Shown here: one piece after another, positions 40,800 through 52,870 of the stretch | Layout of the letters: each line of letters begins with the position of its first letter | Position numbering within the stretch: position 1 is the stretch's first letter | Source: Octopus sinensis | Taxonomy: Eukaryota | DNA: 64,000 nucleotides | Reading direction: 5' to 3' | Assembly: GCF_006345805.1 (NCBI RefSeq) | Contig: NW_021832714.1 | Span: 1-64,000, forward strand | Notes under the pieces: generated by a model | What the model was told of the DNA's origin: nothing | The model's database searches: none | The model's input: the letters and a program-made list of their open reading frames with translations, nothing else | Program-made: the position numbers and the translations under genes

Positions 40800-41265
40800 C
40801 TACTTCTTATGCAGAATCTGACCACTTCTTGTACCTCCACCTTAGATTCATGATGGCGTCTGTGAGGCTTTTTAAACCAGACAATGTATTGAAAAGGCTC
40901 CCACATAGATTGCATATCCAGTTCGGATCACCAAAAGCTGCAGTTAAGTTCTGACTTTTGTGGATCTTAAAATGTCTTTTGGAGTCCTCCGTTAGAATTG
41001 CAGACCTTATGGCAGCCGTAGCATTGAAAGGTGTGCACAGATATATAGGCAGAATAGTTGTAGAGGTTAGTTTTTCATGGGCCCGCAAATGAGATTTGAG
41101 CCCAGCAATAGAAAGGAATGGTGTGTCAGAAATTGTGCATACAAAAAGGTCACTGAGATTTACCGACTCGATCGCAGCATTCTTCTTTAAATCTCTCTTG
41201 AATCTTGAATCTGGCCTCCTCATAACACTTTCACTACACTCCACACGATTGTGCTCCATCCAGCT
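40800..41265 (-). mobile_element. RTE C-terminal zinc-finger tail in inverted orientation
   Basis: ...FVCTISDTPFLSIAGLKSHLRAH...ICNLCGSLFNTLSGLKSL; resembles the C..C...F.S..GL.SH motif ending BovB-like RTE ORFs. A similar remnant (CEVCKKACQNLEDLKS) lies at about 53140-53510. Confidence 0.6.
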
Positions 41266-41294
41266 CGATCCGAAGTAAGGGTTTGTATGGCCTT

Positions 41295-41598
41295 TGGATC
41301 CATTCCAAATGACTTCAGTGTACAAGAATCGCCCGAAAACCATTAATGAGCCAAAAGACGCAATCATAACCTTCACACGGTCCATATCGCATCAGGCTCT
41401 CCAAGATGTATTTCAAAACATGTGTAGAAGAGCCAACTTATGTATTGAAAATGAAGTACGACACTTTCAACACCTCTTATAACGATTTTTAAATACTTGT
41501 AAAGTCTAAATTATTCTTTTGTAGTCTTAGACCATCTTATGAATATATATTTTACAATAGAATACTTACTGCGGAGAGACTTTTTGAACATCCTGTGT
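41295..41598 (+). mobile_element. Tc1/mariner-superfamily transposon, 3' end
   Basis: VYKNRPKTINEPKDAI...LQDVFQNMCRRANLCIENEVRHFQHLL*; TIR-like end TTTTGAACATCCTGTGTA. Confidence 0.75.
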
Positions 41599-42054
41599 AA
41601 AAAGAAAAAAAAAACCCGGCATTCTTTATGAGATGACTCAATACATGAAAAAAGCATGATTAATGAGATTTGCATTTTTATTTGTGAATCGTAGACTAAT
41701 AACTATACCAATCCCAAAACCTTTTGTTAGTCTGGTTTATTTGTATAAACAGAGCGCTTAAGAAGTATTTTGCCCGGATTGATAATCCTTTATTAATAAC
41801 TCTCATTATATATATATAAATAAAGAAATGTATTTATTATATATATATATATTATATATTATATATATATATATAGGTTTAAAATGCTTATATCATTTTA
41901 TTATTATATTGGATATAACTTTCTATGTGCATTCCAGAAGATAAAGTTGTCCTGAAATAGTTGTGGTTTTATAAGTAAAATCCCCAAATTGTAATTAAAA
42001 ATTATATATATATATATATATACACACACATTTACATACATATATATGTATATT

Positions 42055-42109
<55 letters not shown>

Positions 42110-42250
42110 CTATATCTATCTATCTATCTATATATCTATATATATATATATACCGATAGACAGATATATATGCATACGCACACAAACACATATAATTCAT
42201 ACGCATGTATACATACATACATACATACATACATACATACACACATACAT

Positions 42251-42291
<41 letters not shown>

Positions 42292-42367
42292 ACACACACA
42301 CACACACAAGCATACATGCTTTTTTCCCCTCTGTCTTCCATTTCTGTTGGACTTTCCTCTGTCTCCT

Positions 42368-42402
42368 GTGTCTGAAGAAGAGCTTTGCTCGAAACCTGAA
42401 AC
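42368..42402 (+). ncRNA. Decayed minimal hammerhead in a short repeat (about 42320-42500)
   Basis: GUGU-CUGAAGA-A-GAGC UUU GCUC-GAAA-CC-UG-AAAC. Canonical CUGANGA, but the ACGU palindrome and UH site are mutated. Confidence 0.55.
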
Positions 42403-42634
42403 CACCTTCCTTTCCTTCCTTGAGCGTCTGCTAACACTTTACATATATCACGTCCTCGGGTTGTTGTTTCTTTTGTGATTGTTCGGTCTTCGTTTTGGGA
42501 TATATATATATACCCCAAATATATAAGTACTGGCCCCCATTGGCTCGACTAAACTTCTTGAAGGCGTTGCCCAGGATGACCACAGTCTAATGACTGAAAC
42601 AAGAGGTAAAAGTAAATGGTAAAAGATATAAACT

Positions 42635-42693
<59 letters not shown>

Positions 42694-43062
42694 AAATTAT
42701 GTAATAGATATATAGATAGAAAGGTAGGTAGATAGATAGATAGATAGATGGATGGATGGATAGAGAGACAAGTAAAAAGCAAATACAGAAGAAAAAGAAA
42801 GAAATAAAGAATCGTAAGGAAAAGAGAGATAGAAAAATAAAGAGAGAGAGAGAGAGAGAGAGAGGAAAGTATGAATAAAGAGGAAGTGGTTGGGGTGGGA
42901 GAGCGAGAGAGAGAGTGAAAGGTAGTTTGCTGTGGTTATTACAGCTGTGTTTGAAATAATAGCTTGTTAAACAATTAGTGACACTAGTTGTAAGGTCACG
43001 GTGATTACCATCTGGGTAAGCAGCAGCAGCAGCAGCAGCAGCAGTAGTGGTTATACTATCAT

Positions 43063-43121
<59 letters not shown>

Positions 43122-43194
43122 CTCCCTTTAACATTCAAGACTTCTTCCAATGTGAAAAATTACCATCACAAACATCACCACGACGACGACGACC

Positions 43195-43228
<34 letters not shown>

Positions 43229-43308
43229 TCATCATCACCTCCACCAACACCACCAACACCATCATCATCATCATCATCATCATCACCACCACCACCACAC
43301 ACCAACAC

Positions 43309-43373
<65 letters not shown>

Positions 43374-43688
43374 CTGCGTTTGTCCTCCTCTTCCCTACTA
43401 ACAATCCCCCACCTCATGCTATGCATCATCATCACTATAGAGCAGTGTTTCTGCGAGCTGGCAGAAACGTTAGCACGCCGGGCGAAATGCTTAGCGATAT
43501 TTCGTCTGCCGATACGTTCTGAATTCAAATTCCGCCGAGGTCGACTTTGCCTTTCATCCGCTTTCGGGGTCGATAAATAAAGTACCAGTTTCGCACTGGG
43601 ATCCATGTAATCGACTTAATCCCTTTGTCTGTCCCTGTTTGTCCCCTCTATGTTTAGCTCCCTGTGGGCAATAAAGAAATATATAGAG

Positions 43689-43912
43689 CAGTGTTTCCCG
43701 ACCATTTTTTAACCTATGGAGCCTTTGCATTCCTATTTTAGTCGGGTGGACCCCCATAAAAAATCCCATTGTATTTTTATAATTATATATTAGGAATTGC
43801 ATAAAAAAGTTAAAATATTTTGTGTATTTTAGAAATATAACCAAATTTATTGCACATGGATGTTGACAACAATATATGATGTGAACCCCCAAGGGCCCCT
43901 TGTTGAGAACCA
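43689..43912. mobile_element. hAT-type MITE with a SINE inserted at its left end
   Basis: CAGTGTTTCCC...GTTGAGAACCAC ends, flanked by ..TAGAG 8-mers. The SINE at 43452-43681 duplicated TATAGAGCAGTGTTTC (43436-43451 and 43682-43697), which includes the TIR start. Confidence 0.6.
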
Positions 43913-44525
43913 CGAGTTTAGAGGGTTCGGAATAATTTTGGTTGTTGCGATATGTTGATCAGTTTGGACCACAACGATAGAGCAGACAAATCTAAAATGG
44001 CGATTGTCCTCAGTCAAGAATAATCACTTCGTTCTCAATGTTGTGTTGGTTAAAGGGTCCGATAAGATACGGTCAGACACGGTCAGACTTGGACTGAACA
44101 GCAACTCTGGTCATCGTTTGACATTCGTGAGGATATCGGACTATTGGGATTAGGGAACGGTACAGTAAGGAACGAAACGAGAAAAACGCCGCGGTCAACT
44201 TTGCCCTTCATCCTTTCGGGGTCGATTAAATAAGTACCAGTTACGCACTGGGGGTCGATATTATCGACTTAATCCGTTTGTCTGTCTTTGTTTGTCCTCT
44301 CTGTGTTTAGCCCCTTGTGGGCAGTAAAGAAATAGGTTCAGCTTTCATATACTTTTTTATTTCCCCATCCGGCACCTTTCAGTTTTTAAAAATGGATTCT
44401 TTAAATAATATATTCCTCGATGTATTGCGACTAAATGATAGGCAGAGAGGTTATTATCGAAAAATATTTGGCTCTGGGTCTCTTGGATGATGATTGGTTA
44501 AACAATAACGATAGCAGCAGCAGCT

Positions 44526-44895
44526 AGTGAAGGCGCAATGGCCCTGTTGTTAGGGCAGCGGACTCGCGGTCGGAGGATTGCGGTTTCGATTCCCAGACTG
44601 GGCGTTGTGTGTGTTTATTGAGTGAAAATACCTAAAGCTCCAAGAGGCTCCGGCAGGGGGTGGTGCCGACCCCTGTTGTACTCTTTCGCTCCAACTTTCT
44701 CTCACTCTTTCTTCCTGTTTCTTGTCCCTGACTTCCTACGCAACGGCTGAGCCTGGATGCGCATTTATCCATCCGTCGATGCTCTCGGTGTCGGGGGTTG
44801 ACCTGCTTTCTCTTCTGCGGGTCTTACGAATAGCAAAGGACCACGTTTCGGACTTCTCCCATCTTGCGAGCTCTGGGAACGAAGGCCGTTCGCTC
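44526..44895 (+). mobile_element. tRNA(Arg)-like SINE, long-tail subfamily
   Basis: Matches 13925-14290; (CAAA)n tail. Confidence 0.85.
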
Positions 44896-45741
44896 AACAA
44901 ACAAACAAACAGCAACAGCAACAACGACAAGGACAACGGTATCGACTACAACAAAAACAACGTCAACAAACACAACACTCAGCAATCATAAAAGTAACAT
45001 CATCATCATCATCATTATCAACAACAACATCTACGACAAGAACAACAACAGCAATAACAGAAACAACCCAACAGCAACAACCTTACACTAAATATCAGTA
45101 CATCAAGACTGTCATGCTTTACGCAAGTGTAATGAATTATGGGAACGGGAAATAAATGCACCCCCCGCCGCCGCCTCTCATCATCACACCAACAAAGAAG
45201 TAGAAAAAATAAAAAAAACACGGGGGTAAAGGGAGAGAAACATACAAAAAAATAACAAAGAAAAGATTAACAGGATTTTGGAGGAACAGAATTATGGTAA
45301 ATAAAATGATCAGTTGGAATTAAGAAGGGAGTTCCAGTTAATGACCAGACTTCTTGGGTCTCTATAATTATAGGGGAGGGCAGGTTTAGAATTTATACCA
45401 CGTAAAGGAGAGAAAGAAGAAGAGAAAGAGCGGGCGAGGGGGGAAGACAGAGAGAGAAAGAGAGAGAGGAGTGGGGAGAGAGACGGAGTGAGAGGGGAGA
45501 AAGAGAGAAAAGGGGAGGGGAAAGACAGAGAGGAGAGAGAGTAAGAGAGAGAGAGGGAGGAAGAGAGAGAAGTCAGAGTGAGAGAAAGAGAGGGAGAAAG
45601 ACAGAGGTGCATTAGGGTTGGGTCGCAAGTTGTGTCTGAAGTAATTTTAGAGTTAAAAGAAGCAGCTTAGAGTTTGCGTGTCTGACAAGCAATGAGTTGT
45701 GGTCCTGACCTAGTTGTTGTTTTCATTGTGACTAATTACAG

Positions 45742-45815
<74 letters not shown>

Positions 45816-46179
45816 ACACACAGAGACACACACACACACACACAGACACACACACAGAGACACACACACACACAACTATACATTAAAGCAAACATTTAGT
45901 GAAAGATCACCCAATGCATTTCAGTTGGGTGTAAAACTTACTTTTACAGACAGACCAAGAACAACCCAAAGAGTACCTTCGAAGTTACTGTCACCTTTTT
46001 TTCTTCTAACTATACATACATGCACATAAACATAAACGCAGTTTTATAAATATATGCAGGTGTGTTGGTAAGTTTATACGTATGTATGTTCTCTTTCCTT
46101 TATTAATTTAGGATAAATGTTGACCGGCCCACCTTCTTGGTAGCAAGGTTGTGAAGGAAGCCATTTTGTTTTGTTCACC

Positions 46180-48000
46180 ATCCTTTAAATCTTAAGAAGG
46201 TCTTGCAGATTTTTATTAGTTTCCGATATCGTGATCATTTGTAGTGTATGATTTAAGGATTTGCATTCTCTCCCCAAGAACCCAAGTTCAACCAGACGGG
46301 TTGGTACGTACCCTGTAGCTTTAAAGATAATCGACATGAAGCTGAAAGTGTATCTTGGGGACTGGTTTTGCGAACTCCTTATCAATGGCCCATAGATGTC
46401 CTTTTTTCTCTTGTATTTTCTAACCCCAGTGGTGTCCAGACGACCCTTGCTTTCCACAACAGAACATATCTTTTCCCTTGTCATCCTATATAACAGTATC
46501 TGTCGGTTGTATTTTAATTTTTAGGTTCCACCAATATTGTTTTGACTCTTGTCTGTTGGTGATTTCTTTTTTGTTATTCTCTTCCAGACCCTTCTGTCCA
46601 CTGCATCATGTCTCATGGGAAGATAATATCTGGAAGACATTCCCTCACAGTTGGTAATAATGTAATCGATGGCTTCATTCTTGGTACTACACAGCCTACA
46701 TTTATGCAGTAGGTATTTGGTAGGTATCTCTTGTTCTTGGATTGCATGTAGGTAGCATTCGAAGTCGGATATGTATTAATTTTGTCGGTACTCTAATGCC
46801 TAGCTTTTCACATGACCAATGCCTTCTATGGTTTTTCGTGCCAAGTATCTTCTCAGTGAACTAGTCCACATTTTTTTATTTTGTTCTTCTGATAAATAGA
46901 TTTTACCAGTTCTTCTAATGGGGGAAATCTGCATCAGCTCTTATTTCATTCTTCTCCACAAGTATTCATTAGCTATCCTAATTATGTTGTTGGCCTCGTG
47001 ATCACAAACTTGGGAAAGATAAGTAATGGTCTCTTTCCTCTTCTGCAGATGTTTCAATGTCACAATACGTGCTTCACATAACAACATTACAGATTTGAGA
47101 CCACGGCCGCCTTCCTTGCGCGGTAAATCTAGCCTGTCTACATTTCCATTGATCTTAACGTTTCCTGTAACACTGAGCAGCTTGCTAGTTCGAACATCTA
47201 TCTCACTGAGTCCTTAGTTAGTTAGTTAGTTAATTTTTTGGCTCAAAAAGCAAAATGCAAGGCCATGTAGGGGGACATAGAGTTATGTACAGGGTGGTGT
47301 TCATGTAAAGAGTTCAGGCCACTTGTGGTCAAGGGAGACTTTGAACCGAGCGGTCGTCAGCATCTTCACTATCTCGTCCGGCAGCTTATTCCACAGATCC
47401 GCAACCCGGACGGAGAAAGCCCCTCTCCTTCGATTGAGATGAAATCGTCGCAGATAGAGCTTTTTGGAGTGACCCCGCAGCCGACGCTCTGGAGCAGGAG
47501 TGAAGAACAGCTCTTTCGAGAGGTTACACTTTCCGCTTATGATGTTGTGAGCAAGAATGAGATCACCACGGCGTCGTCGTTTTTCGAGAGAATAAAGGTC
47601 GAGCGTCTTCAGCCTTTCTTCATAAGACAAATGCTTGAGACCAAGAACCATGCGGGTAGCCAGCTTCTGGACTCTTTCGAGATGCTGTATGTCTTTGAGG
47701 AGATAAGGAGAAGAGGCTTGAATCCCGTACTCCAATATGGGTCTCACCAGCGTGACATAGAGCGGTAGGAATATGACCAGTTCAGAAGGCCAAGCGTCAG
47801 CTTAAGAACAGGCACTGCAAAGGTGTCGTGGTCAATATTGTGAGCTGAAAGTTCTGATGACATAATCTCTTTACTCTCTTGAGATATTCATTTCTGCTCT
47901 TCTCCTTATTTACGGGTTCATCATATCTGACATTCTCATCTTGCCGAAAATATCTAAAACGATCACTCCTTCGTAGAAGATGTACCGTTTAGACAACCAA
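46180..48000 (-). mobile_element. R4/Dong-like LINE remnant with a nested CR1 (47215-47764)
   Basis: RNEYLKRVKR...SELSAHN...TFAVPVL upstream of the CR1; DVRTSKLL...VDRLDLPRKEGGRGLKS...YLHAIQEQEIPT...CRLCSTKNEAIDYII...RHD downstream. Confidence 0.75.
47215..47764 (-). mobile_element. CR1-clade LINE, 3' fragment
   Basis: LYVTLVRPILEYGIQASSPYL.KDIQHLERVQKLATRMV...WNKLP; (TAAC)n tail. Confidence 0.9.
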
Positions 48001-48866
48001 TGGAGGGTACACATTTTACACGTTTTATTGTCAAAAATGCACATTTGGACTCACCAGATTTCATCCCAATGTCAGTAGAAAATTCAATAATGAGGTCCAG
48101 TTGCTTGCTATCAGACTCATTTTGCTCCTTATCACTCTTAAGGTTTCACTTTTATCGATAAAAAGCAGTTTCGAAGCGTCTGTTATTACTTAATATCGCA
48201 AATTTAAATATTCGTTGCCAAACTTTACGTTCACTGGAGTGTAGGTTTTAACATATGATAAACGATATTATGTTCAGGCGAAATTTTTCGTTTTCATTTG
48301 CAACACAGTCTCTCCTCCCCTCTCTCTCTCTCCCCCTCTCTCTCTCGCGCGTGCGCGCCTCTAATTGTTTTCATAAATCATAATTTACTTATTAGACATT
48401 CATTGCAATTTTTTTCATTTCAAGTTATCTTTCGTCATTTCAGATGAGGAAGTCAGGTATTTTGTTGACTTAAATTCGCTGTGTAAATGTCCTTATTGGA
48501 CAACTTATCAAAACTTACTGAAGCTTCGAACTCATGTGACTTCTTTCCTTTTCGTCGTTATCTAAGACATATCAAGTGAATTTCTTGCTACGGCTATTTG
48601 ATACGCTATAGGTTTATAATCTTTCTATGTGATCGCTGATATTTTTTGCACACTAAACGTAGTTGGACTAACTTGATGTTTATTTAAAAAAGAGAGAATA
48701 TGACTGTGATAAAATTATGAAAGTAATAATTATTAAGCAAGTGGGCACTATTATACAAAGAAATAATTAGACGTAAAATATTAAAATTATTTGAATTGGG
48801 AATCAAATGTGAAAATATTATCAATTGGCTAGCAGAAAACCGTCCGGAAGGTGGTCTTTCTACCAG

Positions 48867-48915
<49 letters not shown>

Positions 48916-49012
48916 ATCCAAACATGAAAGCACAAAGAGAAAACACAACAACGCGAGGACGTGAAACAAGTATAGTATTATTGGACGCTCAGGAAAGAAA
49001 GAAAGAAGGAGG

Positions 49013-49047
49013 GTTTAACGTTTCGAGCTGAGCTCTTCATCGGAAAC
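49013..49047 (-). ncRNA. Minimal hammerhead variant (core CCGAUGA)
   Basis: GUUU-CCGAUGA-A-GAGC UCA GCUC-GAAA-CG-UU-AAAC; ACGU palindrome in place of stem III. Confidence 0.7.
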
Positions 49048-49200
49048 ATAGGAAGAGGAAAGATCCAAAGAAGGGAAGACGGAGGGGAAGAAATCGGCAA
49101 CGGTGCAAGGGAGAGTTTACGAAAAAAACAAAAGACGAAGACAGGTGGTGTACCAAAACAAACAGATGTATTAGTATAACGCTCAGGAATAGAAAAAAGT

Positions 49201-49236
49201 CTTTTACGTTTCGAGCCTACGCTCTTCTACAGAAAG
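49201..49236 (-). ncRNA. Minimal hammerhead variant (core CUGUAGA)
   Basis: CUUU-CUGUAGA-A-GAGC GUAG GCUC-GAAA-CG-UA-AAAG; identical 36-mers at 56059-56094(+) and 57446-57481(-). Confidence 0.7.
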
Positions 49237-50550
49237 GGACACAGAAAAAACAAGGAGGGAAAAAAATGTGTGTAGTGGCTAATGATCTATCATGGCGACA
49301 GCCAGATATATATCAAAGTTTGAGTGTGTGCATGTGTGTTAGAAAATATGTGTGTACACACATAGGTATATATGTGAGCATGTATACAAGTGTGAGTATA
49401 TCAGTAAGGTGAAATGAGTAATAGATAAAGTACACGGCGGCGGTGAGGGACACGATAAAAATTAATTGAAACCGTTGAAGACGTTGTTCCAGCATGGGCG
49501 TAGTCGAAACAAAGAAAACCATAAATGAAGAAATGAACCGAAAGAATATTTTATTTAAATATTTATTTACTTACTTAAGTATTTATGCTTTTATTTGTTT
49601 GTTTGTTTGTTTGTTTGTTTGTTTGTTTGTTTGTTTGTTTGTTTTTGTTGTTTGTTTAGTGTAACAAACGCTGTGAAGTCCTCCACGCTTTAATTTACTC
49701 ACCGACCTAATTTCACCACAATTACCTTTTAGAAGGAAAGATTTCTCTCTCTCTCTCCCTCTTTTTCTCTCCCATTCTCTGTCCTTCCTCTCGCTGTCAC
49801 TCCCCCTCTCTCCTTCCCCTCTACCCTCCCCTCTCTTTCTCTCTCTCTCTCTCAATCACTTTGTGTGTGCTCCGACGTGTGTGTGCGTGTGTGCGTGTCT
49901 ATCTGTGTATGTGATTTTGTGTGAATGAAATCCAATCAGTAGAGTTAGTAATGACACAAATTAATATAGTGACTTTGGGACTTTTAATTAATTACAATTT
50001 TATTGGAGGTAAAGAGAAAGAATCATTAATGATTACCCAGGGACACGTTCTGCATTAAAACAGTGAAGTCGGCGACAGCGCACACACAGATACGCATACA
50101 CATACGTGCACGCGCGCACGCACAAATAATGTAGAGAACCAAAATATGTTAATTTATAAAAAATATAACTGTAAGGGAGATAACCAAGCAGAATAAAAAG
50201 TAGAACTTGACAAAAGGGCAGATGACCCCATCGTGGGGTCAACTATTACAGTAAGAGTAGGGTAGTAAGACATATGGGAAATTTCCAGAAGAGTTTTTCA
50301 AGAATTTGCATTCTATGCCCAACACTAGCAAAGCATGAGCAAACCTGTCTAAAAATGTTAGCATGGGCGTAGGAGTGGCTGTGTGGTAAGTAGCTTGCTT
50401 ACCAACCACATGGTTTCGGGTTCAGTCCCACTGCGTGTCACCTTGGGCAAGTGTCTTCTACTATAGTTTCGGGCCGACCAAAGTCTTGTGAATGGATTTG
50501 GTAGACGGAAACTGAAAGAACCCCGTGTATATATGTATATATACGTGTAT

Positions 50551-50586
50551 CTTTCTGTTGAAGAGCGTAGGCTCGAAACGTTAAAG
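50551..50586 (+). ncRNA. Minimal hammerhead variant (core CUGUUGA) in a repeat inserted within a family B SINE
   Basis: CUUU-CUGUUGA-A-GAGC GUAG GCUC-GAAA-CG-UU-AAAG. Confidence 0.65.
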
Positions 50587-50684
50587 ACTTATTTTATTTA
50601 TATTTCCTGAGCGCCATACTAATACAATTGTTTGTTTGTTTCCCACCTGCCTTCGTCTTTTGTCTATTTTCATAAAGCTTCCCG

Positions 50685-50783
<99 letters not shown>

Positions 50784-51589
50784 ATATATATATATTATAT
50801 ATATATATATATGTGTGTGTGTATATATTTGTGTGTCTGTATTTGTCCCCCCAACATCGCTTGACAACCGATGCTGGTGTGTTTATGTCCTCGTAACTTA
50901 GCGGTTCGGCAAAAAGAACCGATAGAATAAGTACGAGGCTTACAAAGAATAAGTCCTGGGGTCGACTAGCTCGACTAAAGGCGGTGCTCCAGCATGGCCA
51001 CAGTCAAATGACTGAAACAAGTAAAAGAGCTAAAGAGTATAGCATTAGGTGATACTTCACATTGTTGTTACTATGAGTGTCTCAGGTTTGTGTCTAAGAA
51101 CCTCTTAGGTGTAGGTCTAGTATTGTTAGCTTCAGAAAGGCAGCGAATTAGCAGAGTCAATAGAGTGTTGGGTGGGACATTTTACTGTATTTGTTCCGAC
51201 TCGCGACAGTTTGAGTTCGTATCTGAGGTCAACTTTGCCTTTCATCCTGCCAAGGTCGAAAAAGAAAAAGGACCAATCGTGGATGGTGGTGATTGGCGGA
51301 ACTGTTTGAATGCCGAACCGAATGCTTTGTGGTAACTGTTCCGGTTGCCTACGTTCTGAGCTCAAGTACCGTTAGGGCTACATGCAAGCATTCGTGCCAG
51401 GTCACCGATTTGAGGATACCGTCTTACTGCCCTCCTTACAGAACTAGGAAGTCCTGAGTAAAAAATAATTCGCTAATTAGTTTGGATTTCCACTGCTATC
51501 ACGACGACGACGACGACCCCACCCCACCCCACCACTATAACCACCATAGCCACTGCTGCTGCCGCCGCTGCCGCCGCTTCCGCCGCTAC

Positions 51590-51960
51590 CTGTTGAAATC
51601 CTAGTTTGGCCAATAAGGTTGTTGTATGGATGTGAGGCATAACTAAGCTCATTGGAGCCGATGTACTAAAGATGAGTTCTGTGACTCGATTGAGAAAACT
51701 GTTGAAGAATTACTTCAGTTCTAGAATGAAAAGAATGTTGCTGATGGTGGTCAGGTGGCAAACACTACAATATTTTGGCCACATTATCAGAAGCCGGAAC
51801 TTCGGTGCCTACATCAGTGTGCGATGAGAGGAGAGAAAACAAGCTGGTTGGGATACAAAGACGAAGATGGAGCAATGGCATCAAGGACTGAATGGGAAGG
51901 ATTTTGGTGGAGTGTATGACTGCAGCACAGGCCCGACTGGTGGCTGTGTCTGAGGTAAGC
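51590..51960 (+). mobile_element. RTE LINE 3' remnant, old
   Basis: KSLVWPIRLLYGCEA...LQYFGHIIRS...QRRRWSNGIKD. Confidence 0.7.
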
Positions 51961-52049
51961 TATGAAAGTGGTCATCTCCAATAAGAAACAAGAAATAAAT
52001 CGACATCCGTTATAAATTGTAAACTTTTGAAGACAAAAATCTGTCAATA

Positions 52050-52870
52050 AGAAACACTTCAGTGATTTGTGTTCATCAATCAGATCGAAGCATTTATTCG
52101 ATTCTTTGAAAAATCAGATGGTTATCTCGCAGAAAAGTGCTGCAGCGAGTGGTGTAACTTCGAAGTAGAAATGTCTTTTTATCTGTAAAACACCATCCTT
52201 TAACTTCAATATTTTCAGATTCCAAGTGGATGCTTCAATTAGCTTATCTTTTCGATAGCTTTTTCTTAATTTAATGACTGAAATATCGCTCTTCAAGGCT
52301 GTGATTGATTAATTATTGCTTCAATGGAGAAAATAAATGCTTTTAAAGAAAAACTCAGATTGTAGAACAAAGAAAAACTACATTCCATTATTCAATCTAC
52401 TGAAAGAAGATTACATTAATGATTTTATTATAACGTTTAATAATCTTATTATAATCTATTACATTAATAATTTTAATGATGTGCAAAATATTATTTCTAA
52501 CTATTTACCAAAACTGATTGAAAGAATTCAATTACTTCATTCCAACAGAAGATGATGATGGAACTTACAGCTTGGGTGTGAAGTCCATTTAGCTCTGACG
52601 TTAAACGATTTCTATAAAGATTTTGTCAACATTAATGAATTTCAAGAAGAGTTTATTGAAGTTCAAAATGATGTGGCAGTTATAATTTCCATTAAAATGT
52701 CGAATCTATCGTTTCAGTTTGGCTGAAGGTTTGAATGTTAGATTTGGGGAAAATGAAGGAATAAAGGTGCTTCTTCCGCTTGTGGAACAATTTCTTTGTA
52801 AATCAGGATTTCCAACCGTAACAAGAAACCAATGGCAACGAGAAGATGCAGCTCACTGAAAATTAAACCC
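52050..52870 (+). mobile_element. hAT (Buster/Charlie-like) transposase remnant
   Basis: Frameshifted fragments resembling the C-terminal ...PF...EEFIEVQND...FW...KVLLP...LCKSGF pattern. Confidence 0.55.

Noticed and set aside
40807-41385. Host C2H2 zinc-finger gene
   Set aside because: Fingers are degenerate, adjoin an RTE RT and match the RTE C-terminal motif; the ORF start lies in a mariner remnant.
26361-49725. Minus-strand small exons 49703-49725 and 26361-26409 with good GTGAG donors
   Set aside because: Joined with 8210-8307 they give a short unrecognisable peptide ending in a stop; such signals arise by chance in 64 kb.
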